64,000 bases of DNA from Candidatus Magasanikiibacteriota bacterium (GTDB lineage Bacteria; Patescibacteriota; Patescibacteriia; Magasanikbacterales; GWA2-37-8), in the NCBI GenBank assembly GCA_026396515.1, contig JAPLWQ010000002.1, forward strand, positions 257,230 through 321,229, read 5' to 3'. The translations under genes were made by a program, and so were the position numbers. This document shows, one piece after another, positions 37,678-46,673 of the stretch (position 1 is its first letter; each line of letters starts with the position of its first letter). The notes below the pieces were generated by a model, which saw only the letters and a program-made list of their open reading frames with translations, had not been told where the DNA came from and searched no databases.

Positions 37678-40600
37678 ATGCTTACTGCCGTTGCCACCAA
37701 GGTTTGGGAGACTGACAGCGATTTTCGCTATAACCCCGAAAAAGGCCTGCGTTTTTCCCGACATTATACCCAGGAAGGGGTCAATGTTTTTGATATGTTT
37801 GAGTATGACCTGCGGCCTTCAGTGATACGCGAGCCAAGCGGCAAGGTAATTTTTGAAATGAAGGAAGTTGAGGTGCCTTTAAGCTGGTCGCAGGTGGCTA
37901 CGGACATTTTGGCACAGAAATATTTCCGCAAAGCCGGTGTACCGCAGTACTTTCCTGATGGAACGCCCCAAATAGAAATTGATGGTTCGCCGGTGCTTGG
38001 TCCGGAAACCAGTGTTAAGCAGGTGATGCATCGTTTGGCCGGCACGTGGCGTTATTGGGGAGAGAAGTATGGATATTTTGCTTCGCCAAAAGACGCGGAA
38101 ATTTTTTATGATGAGCTGACATATACATTGCTCGCACAAATGGTAGCGCCCAATTCTCCGCAATGGTTTAACACCGGTCTGAACTGGGCGCATGGTATCA
38201 ATGGTCCGTCGCAAGGACATTACTATGCGGATCCGGAAACCGGAGAGATATTAAAGTCAGATGACTCCTATACCCACCCTCAGCCGCACGCTTGTTTTAT
38301 CCAGTCGGTAAAAGATGATTTGGTAAACGAGGGCGGTATTATGGATTTATGGGTGCGAGAAGCGCGGCTTTTTAAATATGGCAGCGGCACAGGTACGAAT
38401 TTTTCAAATTTGCGCGGTAAAGGAGAAAAACTTTCCGGCGGTGGAACTTCTTCCGGTCTGATGAGCTGGCTTAAAATTGGCGACCGGGCGGCCGGCGCGA
38501 TTAAATCCGGCGGTACAACCAGACGCGCCGCCAAGATGGTAATATTAAATGTTGATCATCCTGATATTGAAGAGTTTGTTGATTGGAAAGTTCAGGAAGA
38601 AAAAAAGGTAGCCGCTTTGGTTGCGGCCGGGTATGATGCATCATATGAATCCGAGGCTTATCAAACCGTTTCGGGACAAAATTCCAACAACACGGTACGC
38701 GTAACACAGGATTATTTAGAAGCAGTGGAGAGGGGAGATGATTGGCACTTGCGCTGGTGTACTTCAAGAGAAGTGGCGCGCACGGTTAAGTCAAAAGATC
38801 TTTGGGATAAAATTACCAAAGCGGCCTGGTCTTGCGCCGACCCTGGTCTGCAATTTGATACTACGATCAATGATTGGCACACCTGTCCGAATTCCGGGCG
38901 TATTAATGCTTCCAATCCTTGCAGTGAGTACATGTTTTTAGATGATACCGCCTGTAATCTGGCGTCAATAAACTTGGCGCATTATTTCAATAGTGAAACC
39001 GGTAAGTTTGATGTGGAAAGCTTTCGCTATACTGTCCGTATTTGGACCGTGGTGCTTGAAATCAGTGTGCTCATGGCCCAGTATCCGAGCAAAGAGATCG
39101 CCGGTGGAAGTTACAATTTCCGCACGCTCGGTTTGGGGCATGCCAATGTCGGCAGTGTGCTGATGATGGCGGGTATCCCGTATGATTCTATTGAAGCAAT
39201 GGGTTTCGCCGGAGCGATTACCGCAATTATGACCGGCGAGTCGTACGCCACTTCCGCTGAGATGGCTAAATTTCTCGGACCATTTCCCAAGTATGAAGAA
39301 AATCGTGAAGCGATGCTGCGTGTTATTCGCAATCATCGTCATGCGGCCTACAACGCGGCAGCCACTGATTATGAAGGATTATCAGTAACTCCCCATGGCC
39401 TCGACCAAGCACATACACCGGCATATCTCGCGGCCGCAGCACGTGAGAGTTGGGACAAAGCGTTGGTTCGCGGAGAAAAATACGGTTTCCGCAATGCGCA
39501 GACAACCGTGCTCGCACCAACCGGTACTATTGGCCTGCTTATGGACTGCTCCACTACAGGCGTGGAACCGGATTTTGCTTTGGTAAAATTCAAAAAATTG
39601 GCTGGTGGCGGATATTTTAAGATTGTGAATGAAGCGGTGCCCGCGGCTTTGAAAAATCTGAATTATACCGATGATCAAATTATTGATATTACGGCATACA
39701 TGAAGGGGCATGGATCTCTGAAGGGTTCTCCCGGCATTAATCATGAGTCGCTGGTGGAAAAAGGTTTTACCGGAGAAGATTTGGCAAAGATTGAAGCGGC
39801 GTTACCTTCGGTTTTTGATCTGACATATGCTTTAAATATTTGGTCGCTGGGTGAAGAATGCTACAAGCGTTTGGGGTTCTCTGCCGAACAGGCGCGTGAT
39901 GCGAATTTCAATGTGCTCGCCGGCTTGGGGTTCTCGGCCGAACAAATTAACGCGGCTAATGATTTTGTTTGCGGTACGATGACGATTGAGGGCGCGCCTC
40001 ATTTGCGGGTGGAAGACTATCCGGTTTTTGACACCGCCAACAGAAACGGGAAAAAAGGAGAAAGATATATTCATTATTTGGGCCATATAAAAATGATGGC
40101 GGCGGTGCAGCCGTTTTTATCAGGCGCGATTTCCAAAACAATAAACATGCCGAATGAAGCGACGGTGGAGGATATCAAAACCGCCTATATGACATCCTGG
40201 AAGCTTGGAGTGAAAGCCAATGCTATATACCGCGATGGCTGTAAATTGTCTCAACCGCTTTCCACATCAAAAGAAAAAGAGAAGACAGCGGAAAAAGAGG
40301 CGGAGCCGGTGGTGATCAGCACGGCCGCCAGCCAGGCCGAACTTCTACCGTCAAAAGATTTTAAATATAGCTTATCGAGCAGCAGCGAAACGGTGGTCAA
40401 TCAGATTGTTGATGAGGCGGTGGTTCAGGTGAAATACGCGCATGATGGCACTTCGCAGGGCACAAGAATTTATATTCACGGCGAGCAGCGCCAGCTGCCG
40501 TACAAGCGCAGCGGCTTGACCATCCGAGTGAAGGTAATGGGACAAAAAGTGTTTTTGCGCACTGGCGAATATCCAGACGGAAAGCTCGGTGAAATATTTA

Positions 40601-41184
40601 TTGATATGTATAAGGAAGGAGCGGCCTTCAGAAGTTTGCTGAATATGTTTGCCATTTCCATTTCTACCGGCTTACAATATGGCATTCCGCTTGAAGAATA
40701 TGTGAGTAAATTTACTTTTACCAGATTTGAACCGGCCGGGATGACCGATCATCCGAACATAAAGTTTTGCACTTCGGTCATTGATTTGGTTTTTAGAATA
40801 TTGGGCATGGAGTATTTAGGCCGGATGGATTTTGTTCAGGTTAAACCGCAGGGTATACAAAAAAACCGCGCTGAGCAGATTGCGAAAATGATTTCTGAGG
40901 CGCAGGGCCAATCAATGCTTGAGTTGCAGAAAAAGGATGATGATGAAGTGGAAAAAGAAAAAATTATTCTTAAAGACCAGGTTTTGAAATCGCAGATGGA
41001 TACTACGGTTACGAATACTGTGGCGGAAGAGACCAAAGCCGAAGCAGCTGTTACCGGCGCTAACCAACAGCTTTCCGGCATGATGGGTGACGCGCCGCCC
41101 TGCCCGACTTGCGGTCATATCACCATCAGGAACGGCAGCTGCTATAAATGTTTGAATTGCGGCAGTACAACCGGCTGTTCCTAA
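37678..41184 (+). CDS. nrdJ: Adenosylcobalamin-dependent (class II) ribonucleoside reductase
   Basis: Full-length class II RNR with active-site Cys regions and a C-terminal CPTCG...CYKCLNCG zinc ribbon. No intein blocks seen. Confidence 0.9.
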   Translation: MLTAVATKVWETDSDFRYNPEKGLRFSRHYTQEGVNVFDMFEYDLRPSVIREPSGKVIFEMKEVEVPLSWSQVATDILAQKYFRKAGVPQYFPDGTPQIEIDGSPVLGPETSVKQVMHRLAGTWRYWGEKYGYFASPKDAEIFYDELTYTLLAQMVAPNSPQWFNTGLNWAHGINGPSQGHYYADPETGEILKSDDSYTHPQPHACFIQSVKDDLVNEGGIMDLWVREARLFKYGSGTGTNFSNLRGKGEKLSGGGTSSGLMSWLKIGDRAAGAIKSGGTTRRAAKMVILNVDHPDIEEFVDWKVQEEKKVAALVAAGYDASYESEAYQTVSGQNSNNTVRVTQDYLEAVERGDDWHLRWCTSREVARTVKSKDLWDKITKAAWSCADPGLQFDTTINDWHTCPNSGRINASNPCSEYMFLDDTACNLASINLAHYFNSETGKFDVESFRYTVRIWTVVLEISVLMAQYPSKEIAGGSYNFRTLGLGHANVGSVLMMAGIPYDSIEAMGFAGAITAIMTGESYATSAEMAKFLGPFPKYEENREAMLRVIRNHRHAAYNAAATDYEGLSVTPHGLDQAHTPAYLAAAARESWDKALVRGEKYGFRNAQTTVLAPTGTIGLLMDCSTTGVEPDFALVKFKKLAGGGYFKIVNEAVPAALKNLNYTDDQIIDITAYMKGHGSLKGSPGINHESLVEKGFTGEDLAKIEAALPSVFDLTYALNIWSLGEECYKRLGFSAEQARDANFNVLAGLGFSAEQINAANDFVCGTMTIEGAPHLRVEDYPVFDTANRNGKKGERYIHYLGHIKMMAAVQPFLSGAISKTINMPNEATVEDIKTAYMTSWKLGVKANAIYRDGCKLSQPLSTSKEKEKTAEKEAEPVVISTAASQAELLPSKDFKYSLSSSSETVVNQIVDEAVVQVKYAHDGTSQGTRIYIHGEQRQLPYKRSGLTIRVKVMGQKVFLRTGEYPDGKLGEIFIDMYKEGAAFRSLLNMFAISISTGLQYGIPLEEYVSKFTFTRFEPAGMTDHPNIKFCTSVIDLVFRILGMEYLGRMDFVQVKPQGIQKNRAEQIAKMISEAQGQSMLELQKKDDDEVEKEKIILKDQVLKSQMDTTVTNTVAEETKAEAAVTGANQQLSGMMGDAPPCPTCGHITIRNGSCYKCLNCGSTTGCS

Positions 41185-41201
41185 AATTGAAAAGGAGAGG
41201 T

Positions 41202-41768
41202 ATGACAAAAATATACACAAAAACGGGTGATGCAGGCGAGTCCGGCCTGGTCGACGGCAGGCGTGCCGGAAAAGATGAAGGAATTTTTTGGGTTATTGGT
41301 TCGGTGGATGAATTGAATGCTACGCTTGGCTTGGCGGTATCAGAAATAAATGGTTATATCGCGGAAAATCCGGACGTTGTAAAAATAATTACGCGTCTTG
41401 AAAAAATACAGACCAATTTATTTAAACTTGGAGCTGAGTTGGCCGCGTTGCCCGGTTTGCTAAATAATGACTCATCGATTGATGAAGGGTGTGTAAGTGA
41501 GCTCGAAAATCATATTGATGAATGGTGGGGGAATTTGCCACCGCTTAATAATTTTATTTTGCCGGGCGGAATGCGGGCCGGGGCGGTTTTGCACCAATCA
41601 AGAACGATTTGCCGGCGGGCTGAACGGGACCTGGTGGCGCTTGGAAGAACGGTAGTGATAAGGCCCGAAATATATCGCTATGTGAACCGGTTAAGCGATT
41701 GGTTGTTCGCCGCCGCGCGGTTCGTTAATTCGCGATTGGGCCGGGAAGAAAGAATAATGTTGGATTAA
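41202..41768 (+). CDS. PduO-type ATP:cob(I)alamin adenosyltransferase
   Basis: MTKIYTKTGDAGESGL N-terminal signature. SD GGAGAGG before the ATG at 41202, which lies 18 nt after the nrdJ stop. Confidence 0.8.
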   Translation: MTKIYTKTGDAGESGLVDGRRAGKDEGIFWVIGSVDELNATLGLAVSEINGYIAENPDVVKIITRLEKIQTNLFKLGAELAALPGLLNNDSSIDEGCVSELENHIDEWWGNLPPLNNFILPGGMRAGAVLHQSRTICRRAERDLVALGRTVVIRPEIYRYVNRLSDWLFAAARFVNSRLGREERIMLD

Positions 41769-41803
41769 AAAAACGCCCCGATGTAAATCCGGGGCGTTTT
41801 TAT

Positions 41804-42790
41804 TTATGCGATTCGTTTGGGTACCACGGACGAGTTTTTGGAAATAATTAGTTTTATTTTTTTCTCGTCTGCCAGCCCTTTTTGTGGGCCGTGCTGGGTT
41901 ATTACTGAAGTGCTGTTGGCAATGCCCCATTTCAGTGCGTTTTGGATGTCATGATTATTAAATCTGGCGGCAACATAACCGGCGGAAAAAGCGTCTCCGG
42001 CTCCGGTTTTTGCTACCACTTCCACCGGGTAGGTTGGTATAGTCCACATTTCTTCCTCATTTCCGGCAGAAGCACCGCGTGCCGCGTCCGTGATCGCCAC
42101 TTCCTTGGCTCCGAGAGATAGCAGTTTGTGAATGATTGCTCTGATTGACTTTTCTTTTTTAAAAGTTGTCCCAAGTATGCGCTCAGCCTCCTCAAGATTT
42201 ACTATGAGCAAATCTGTTTTTGGCAATATTTCTTTTACCTGCGCAATAGAACTTTTTAATTGAAATGATCCGGGGTTGAAAACAAGTTTAACATTTTGGT
42301 GTTTGTCGATGTATTCTAAAAGTTGATCTTGCACCGGTTCAAAACCCTCGCTCATGCTGGTGAAGTATATCCAATCAGTCGGCGGTGATTTTTTTGGCCA
42401 GCGGTAATTTCTTTTTTCATGATAAGATAATATGGTTCGTTCGCCGCGAAAATTTAGCACCACTGAATATCTGGTTTTTGTTTTTTGATCATATTGAACG
42501 AGTGAGGTATTAACGCCAAACTTTTTCAGTTCCGAGACAATCAGTTTGCCGTTTGAATCGTCGCCAAGAGTGGTGAGAATGGCCGTACGGAGGCCCAATT
42601 TTGCCGTGCCACACGCGACATTTGCGGCGTTGCCCCCGAGCGTCTGGAAGCTGTCGGTTATCGGAATTTTACCGGCATAATCAAGACATAGCTGGCAAGC
42701 GCGGGTATTAACGTCGCACTCAACAGAGGCGTTGTCAATATTAACGTGAGTATCAATTACAGCGTCGCCGATGGTGATGATGTCGTACAT
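41804..42790 (-). CDS. PfkB-family carbohydrate/nucleoside kinase (ribokinase-like)
   Basis: N-terminal GG motif and C-terminal GAGDAF anion-hole motif. Confidence 0.75.
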   Translation of the reverse strand: MYDIITIGDAVIDTHVNIDNASVECDVNTRACQLCLDYAGKIPITDSFQTLGGNAANVACGTAKLGLRTAILTTLGDDSNGKLIVSELKKFGVNTSLVQYDQKTKTRYSVVLNFRGERTILSYHEKRNYRWPKKSPPTDWIYFTSMSEGFEPVQDQLLEYIDKHQNVKLVFNPGSFQLKSSIAQVKEILPKTDLLIVNLEEAERILGTTFKKEKSIRAIIHKLLSLGAKEVAITDAARGASAGNEEEMWTIPTYPVEVVAKTGAGDAFSAGYVAARFNNHDIQNALKWGIANSTSVITQHGPQKGLADEKKIKLIISKNSSVVPKRIA

Positions 42791-42799
42791 AAGATAATA

Positions 42800-43117
42800 T
42801 TAATTTTTTTCGGGATGCCTATATTTTTCCACCAGCTCCTCGCTGTGTTGGTGGCGGCCAAGCATTATTTCCATTAGCTCGATGAAACTGGCTAACGCAA
42901 AACCACCCATGGCGATGGAAAAGATGGTATTGCCAACCCAAAGAGCATAAATAAATAAACAAGCTGATCCGACTGCAAAAACAGCGTCCTGTCTTCGTTC
43001 TGCCTCTAAAAATACGCCGTAGACAATCATAATGGCGCCGAGCCCGGCTACCACATTCATAATTATTTCCAGCGTTGTCCAGGGCAAGCTTGGTAAAATT
43101 GAAGATAATGGGCCCAT
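42800..43117 (-). CDS. Small membrane protein
   Basis: Three TM helices; internal ATG chosen to avoid overlap with trxB. Confidence 0.35.
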   Translation of the reverse strand: MGPLSSILPSLPWTTLEIIMNVVAGLGAIMIVYGVFLEAERRQDAVFAVGSACLFIYALWVGNTIFSIAMGGFALASFIELMEIMLGRHQHSEELVEKYRHPEKN

Positions 43118-43118
43118 A

Positions 43119-44060
43119 TTATTTTTTCCATTTATTAATATATTCAATTGCCGAGAGCGCGGCAGTGATGCCTTGCCCGGCGGCTATGCCGATTTGTTTA
43201 AATGGTAAATTAGTGACATCTCCGGCGGCAAATAAGCCGGGGATATTTGTTTCGCATTTTTGACTGATGATGATTTGACCGAATTTATCTTTTTCCACGT
43301 CAATAAATTGGGAATTTGGTATCATGCCAACGTGAACCATAATACCATCAACAAGAAGTTCGTGTTCGCCTTTTGTGTCGCGGTAGCGCAGACCCTGCAC
43401 CTTGCTCTCGCCGAATATTTCGTAAGTATTCGCCTCATTAAGAATTTCAATATTTGGCAGTGATTTTATTTTTTCGATCAAGATATCTTCACCTGACGGA
43501 AAACCGGATTTGTTTTCAGGAGTATTCGGTTCAATGGTAAGGATATAAACCTTTTTGGCAATACCGGCCATCATAATGGCCGATTCCAGAGCCGAATTTC
43601 CGCCGCCGATAGTGGCGGTAGTTTTATTCTTAAAAAGCGGGCCGTCGCAGACAGTGCAGTAAGTGACGCCTTTGTGCGACAGCTCTTCTTCGCCCGGAAC
43701 TTTCAAATGTCGGGGATGAATGCCTGTAGCAGATATTATCGCTTTTGCTTCAAAAGTTTTTTCTTCGTTTTTTGCGTTTTTTGCTGTGGCGATAAAATAA
43801 TTTTCCCTTTTAGAAACGCTATCCACGCGCCATCCCTCGTCAATTTCCACATTATATGATTTAACATGCTCGGCAAATTGCTGAGCCAGTTCAAAACCCT
43901 GAATTTGTTTAATACCCGGCCAGTTCTCCACTTGCCCGGATAGAGCCATTTCGCCGCCAACATTGTCAGCAACAATTTTAAAATTTAAATTTCTTCTGGC
44001 GGCGTATATCCCGGCGCTGCAGCCGGCCGCGGATCCTCCAATAATCAATAAATCCAACAT
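43119..44060 (-). CDS. trxB: Thioredoxin-disulfide reductase
   Basis: GGSAAGCSAG FAD motif, redox-active CTVCDG, NADPH GGGNSA motif. Confidence 0.9.
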   Translation of the reverse strand: MLDLLIIGGSAAGCSAGIYAARRNLNFKIVADNVGGEMALSGQVENWPGIKQIQGFELAQQFAEHVKSYNVEIDEGWRVDSVSKRENYFIATAKNAKNEEKTFEAKAIISATGIHPRHLKVPGEEELSHKGVTYCTVCDGPLFKNKTTATIGGGNSALESAIMMAGIAKKVYILTIEPNTPENKSGFPSGEDILIEKIKSLPNIEILNEANTYEIFGESKVQGLRYRDTKGEHELLVDGIMVHVGMIPNSQFIDVEKDKFGQIIISQKCETNIPGLFAAGDVTNLPFKQIGIAAGQGITAALSAIEYINKWKK

Positions 44061-44067
44061 AGAAAAA

Positions 44068-44709
44068 TTATTTTATTTTTTTCGATAAATTATTATAAAC
44101 CGCGCCAATATCATCCGCCTTAGTCAGAGCGCTGCCGATGCAAAAAATTTCCGCGCCCCAAGATTTTACTTCTGCAATATTATTCTCATTGATGCCGCCG
44201 TCTACGCCAATGAGTGGACGGTTTGGCCTTAAAGACAGCTCACTGATTTTTTTGCCCACTTCTGGTAAAAATTTTGCGCCCTGCTCGCCCGGGTGGACGG
44301 TTAAAAATAATACCTCGTTTATGCGGTCAAGATACGGTTCAATGGCCGCGAGCGGTGTTTCCGGATTGATGGCGATTCCCGTTTGTGAACAACGGCCGCT
44401 GATAGCGCCCGCCACTACCGCCGGGTCATCGCTCGATTCTACATGAAAAATTATTTTCTTAATATTTTTTATTTTTTCCCATTTTCCAATTTCTTCAAGC
44501 GGGTGAGTGACCATCAGATGAAGTTCGAAATCCGGTAAATTTGCCAGTTCGTTAATTTTTTCAATTTCTTCAAATGATTTACTTCGCACAAATTCGCCAT
44601 CCATCACGTCAATCTGCATTAAGGAAAAGTATGGTGATAAAAGAGTAACCCGTTTTTTGAACTCATTAAATGAAGAAACCAGAATGGCGGGAATAATAAT
44701 TGGCGCCAT
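44068..44709 (-). CDS. rpe: Ribulose-phosphate 3-epimerase
   Basis: MDGEFV, HLMV and VDGGI motifs of the RPE TIM barrel. Confidence 0.75.
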   Translation of the reverse strand: MAPIIIPAILVSSFNEFKKRVTLLSPYFSLMQIDVMDGEFVRSKSFEEIEKINELANLPDFELHLMVTHPLEEIGKWEKIKNIKKIIFHVESSDDPAVVAGAISGRCSQTGIAINPETPLAAIEPYLDRINEVLFLTVHPGEQGAKFLPEVGKKISELSLRPNRPLIGVDGGINENNIAEVKSWGAEIFCIGSALTKADDIGAVYNNLSKKIK

Positions 44710-44710
44710 A

Positions 44711-45175
44711 TTAATATTCTAAAGCGGAAATTTTTTCTATACGCCGGATATATTTTTCTTCATCTTTGAATTGAGTGTCCAGAAATTTTTTAGTTATTGC
44801 TTCGGCATGGTCTTTGGACAAAGTTCGGGCAGCCAGGCAAAGGACATTGGCGTCGTTATGCTGCCGGCCAAGTTCAACGCCGGAAATTGAGTAGCCAATA
44901 ATCGCCCTGATGCCTTTAATTTTGTTGGCTGCGATGCACATGCCGTGGCCGGAACTGCACAATAAGATCCCGCGATTATTCGGGTCGTCGGCAGTTTTTT
45001 TTGCCAGGGCTGCGGCGAAATCCACAAAATCATCTTTTTCATCGTATTGTGTCGGTCCAAGATCTTCAACCTGCAATTCAAGTTTTTTTATCAGATATTC
45101 CAGCAGATCTTTTTTAAGGTGATAGCCGGCATGGTCTGAAGCGATGTATATCATATAATTATCAGTTAATTTCAA
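44711..45175 (-). CDS. rpiB: Ribose-5-phosphate isomerase B
   Basis: IASDHAGY and CSSGHGMCIAANK active-site motifs. Confidence 0.85.
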   Translation of the reverse strand: MKLTDNYMIYIASDHAGYHLKKDLLEYLIKKLELQVEDLGPTQYDEKDDFVDFAAALAKKTADDPNNRGILLCSSGHGMCIAANKIKGIRAIIGYSISGVELGRQHNDANVLCLAARTLSKDHAEAITKKFLDTQFKDEEKYIRRIEKISALEY

Positions 45176-45306
45176 GTGTATTATATAATAATTTGGCTTT
45201 TTTTAGCAAATATCCATAATTTGTCCGCCTTGACAAGGATGTCGGCCGATGATATTTTGTATAGCCAAAGGGCGATTATGCCCCAAGTTCTTTTTAGGAG
45301 TTTAAA

Positions 45307-46341
45307 ATGGGTAGAGAATCAAAAGTCCGGATCGTCATTCAGGTTCCCACGAACCATACCATGGAGGTACCGAGGGGCACAGAGGCGATGGTGGCCGAGC
45401 TGTTCGAGGCCGCCGGCCTGATCGGAGAGTACACGTTGTACCTGGGCGAGTTCGTCAGAGGCGGGCCGCACATCCAAGGGTTGAGCGTCCGCAATCTCGT
45501 GGAGGGCCGGGTGATCAAGATCCGTGTACAGCCGGGCAGCAACACCACTAGCCAGATGCTCAAGATGATGGTGCCAGAAGGCCAGGATGCGCAGGAGTTC
45601 CTCACACGACTGCAGAGGGCCGAAGGACAGCTGGCCGTGGAAAGCAAGAGCAAACGGGTGCAGAAGAAGATGCGCCGTCTGTTCCGCGCTTTGAGGGGTG
45701 ATGATTTTTCGATCACCTCTGTCCCGCAAGAAGCAATTGAGGAATTGGACTTCGACACGCTGGAGGCGCTCGATCGCATGCTTCAGAGCTTGGCGCGAAA
45801 CAGCTTCCTCATCAAACCCGGGAAGGAACAAGGCAGTTACGTCTGGCTTGAAACCTTCCGCCAGGCCATGGCCCAGTCCGGCTACGATCCTACGGCAGAT
45901 GAAGCGCACGAACGCAAGGTTCCGAAAGAAGAGGAAACCGAGGAAGACAAGGTGCTCAGCCGCGTCCTCGAGATCGAGGAAGAAATTGAGCTTTGCGAGA
46001 GCTCTACCGCCGGAAATCTGTTCAAGTACAACGACGCGGCGGTGGAATTGACCCGCGACGAAGACACTCTCAGCAACTTGCTCCGGCAGGTGGAAACGCA
46101 GAACGCGATTGTGGAGAAGTCGCGTAAGCGCGAAGCAGTGTTCGCCGAAGAAATGACAAAGCTGGCGGAGAAAACCAAAGCCCTGAAGGGAGAACTGGAT
46201 GATTTGAACAAACGGCTCGACGCGATCGACGAGGAAAGGAAAATGAACGCCGTCAAAAGCCAAGCCGAGAAACTGTTTGTTGGTTTGACTTCGGACGAAA
46301 GAGCCAACATTCTTGCCGCCCTTGCAGGCATACCCGCTTAA
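45307..46341 (+). CDS. GC-rich hypothetical protein (344 aa): N-terminal ~110-aa domain plus an acidic coiled-coil C-terminal half. Looks foreign.
   Basis: GC3-rich codon usage unlike neighbouring genes. Native-type promoter (TTGACAAGG...TATTTT) and SD AGGAG upstream. The antisense 314-aa ORF is judged an artefact of GC richness. Confidence 0.55.
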   Translation: MGRESKVRIVIQVPTNHTMEVPRGTEAMVAELFEAAGLIGEYTLYLGEFVRGGPHIQGLSVRNLVEGRVIKIRVQPGSNTTSQMLKMMVPEGQDAQEFLTRLQRAEGQLAVESKSKRVQKKMRRLFRALRGDDFSITSVPQEAIEELDFDTLEALDRMLQSLARNSFLIKPGKEQGSYVWLETFRQAMAQSGYDPTADEAHERKVPKEEETEEDKVLSRVLEIEEEIELCESSTAGNLFKYNDAAVELTRDEDTLSNLLRQVETQNAIVEKSRKREAVFAEEMTKLAEKTKALKGELDDLNKRLDAIDEERKMNAVKSQAEKLFVGLTSDERANILAALAGIPA

Positions 46342-46360
46342 TTCACACCATTAGCTCGCT

Positions 46361-46426
46361 CCTTTAGCCGGACCTCCGCTGGTCCGGCAATCACAAAAAT
46401 ACATCACGAGCGTGGTGTATTTTTGT
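46361..46426 (+). terminator. Conserved 3' module: CCTTTAGCC, then hairpin 1, then hairpin 2 (acaYcac...gtggtgt) plus a T-tract
   Basis: GCCGGACC/GGTCCGGC and ATACATCAC/GTGGTGTAT hairpins. The same architecture and ~70% sequence identity recur at 62013-62078. Confidence 0.5.
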
Positions 46427-46446
46427 TTCTGCATTGTTTTCTGCCA

Positions 46447-46474
46447 TTGACAAAATGTCCCCCTTTGGTAGAAT
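46447..46474 (+). promoter_or_regulatory. ileS promoter
   Basis: TTGACAAAAT, 16 nt, TAGAAT. Confidence 0.5.
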
Positions 46475-46480
46475 ACCTCT

Positions 46481-46660
46481 ACAATCAAAAAGCATTATCA
46501 CCCGTTATCAACGGGGAGCTGAAGAAAGAAGTCCGCCTTTGGCGGGTAGTAGAATCTTCCGGGCCGGACCGTAACTCCGTGAATTGAGGCCAATTTGGCG
46601 AAGCTGGGATGGTACCACCTGTGGCGCAGGTTCCCGGCAGAGCGATTGGTTTTTTTGTTT
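46481..46660 (+). promoter_or_regulatory. Candidate T-box riboswitch leader of ileS
   Basis: aaGCUGGGA-UGGUACC-ACCUG-uggcg-CAGGU-UCCCGGC at 46601-46638 reproduces the T-box antiterminator. Helix A1 is GGGA/UCCC; the 7-nt bulge is UGGUACC (UGGN, with N=U matching discriminator A of tRNA-Ile); helix A2 is ACCUG/CAGGU. An AUC (Ile) triplet lies upstream at 46553-46555 and a U7 tract precedes the ATG. Confidence 0.4.
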
Positions 46661-46673
46661 ATATTTATTTAAT

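Noticed and set aside
37678-41184. Unusually long NrdJ (1168 aa), considered for an intein
   Set aside because: No intein block motifs (N-terminal Cys/Ser splice junction, LAGLIDADG or HNH, C-terminal HN plus Cys/Ser/Thr) are recognisable. The extra length sits in the C-terminal extension typical of long monomeric class II RNRs.
45319-46331. Long antisense ORFs (314, 146 and 149 aa) inside the GC-rich 344-aa gene. The same applies to 60366..61148(-), 60395..60859(-) and 60514..61131(+) inside the PQQ gene, and to 63427..63666(+) and 63450..63671(-).
   Set aside because: High-GC DNA is stop-codon-poor in all frames. The chosen frames have signal peptides or coherent domain structure and SDs, whereas the alternatives are low-complexity R/L/S-rich.
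46584-46673. N-terminal 30-aa extension of ileS in the ORF track (MRPIWRSWDGTTCGAGSRQSDWFFCLYLFN)
   Set aside because: It reads through the T-box-like leader and U-tract. The canonical IleS N-terminus begins at the ATG at 46674.
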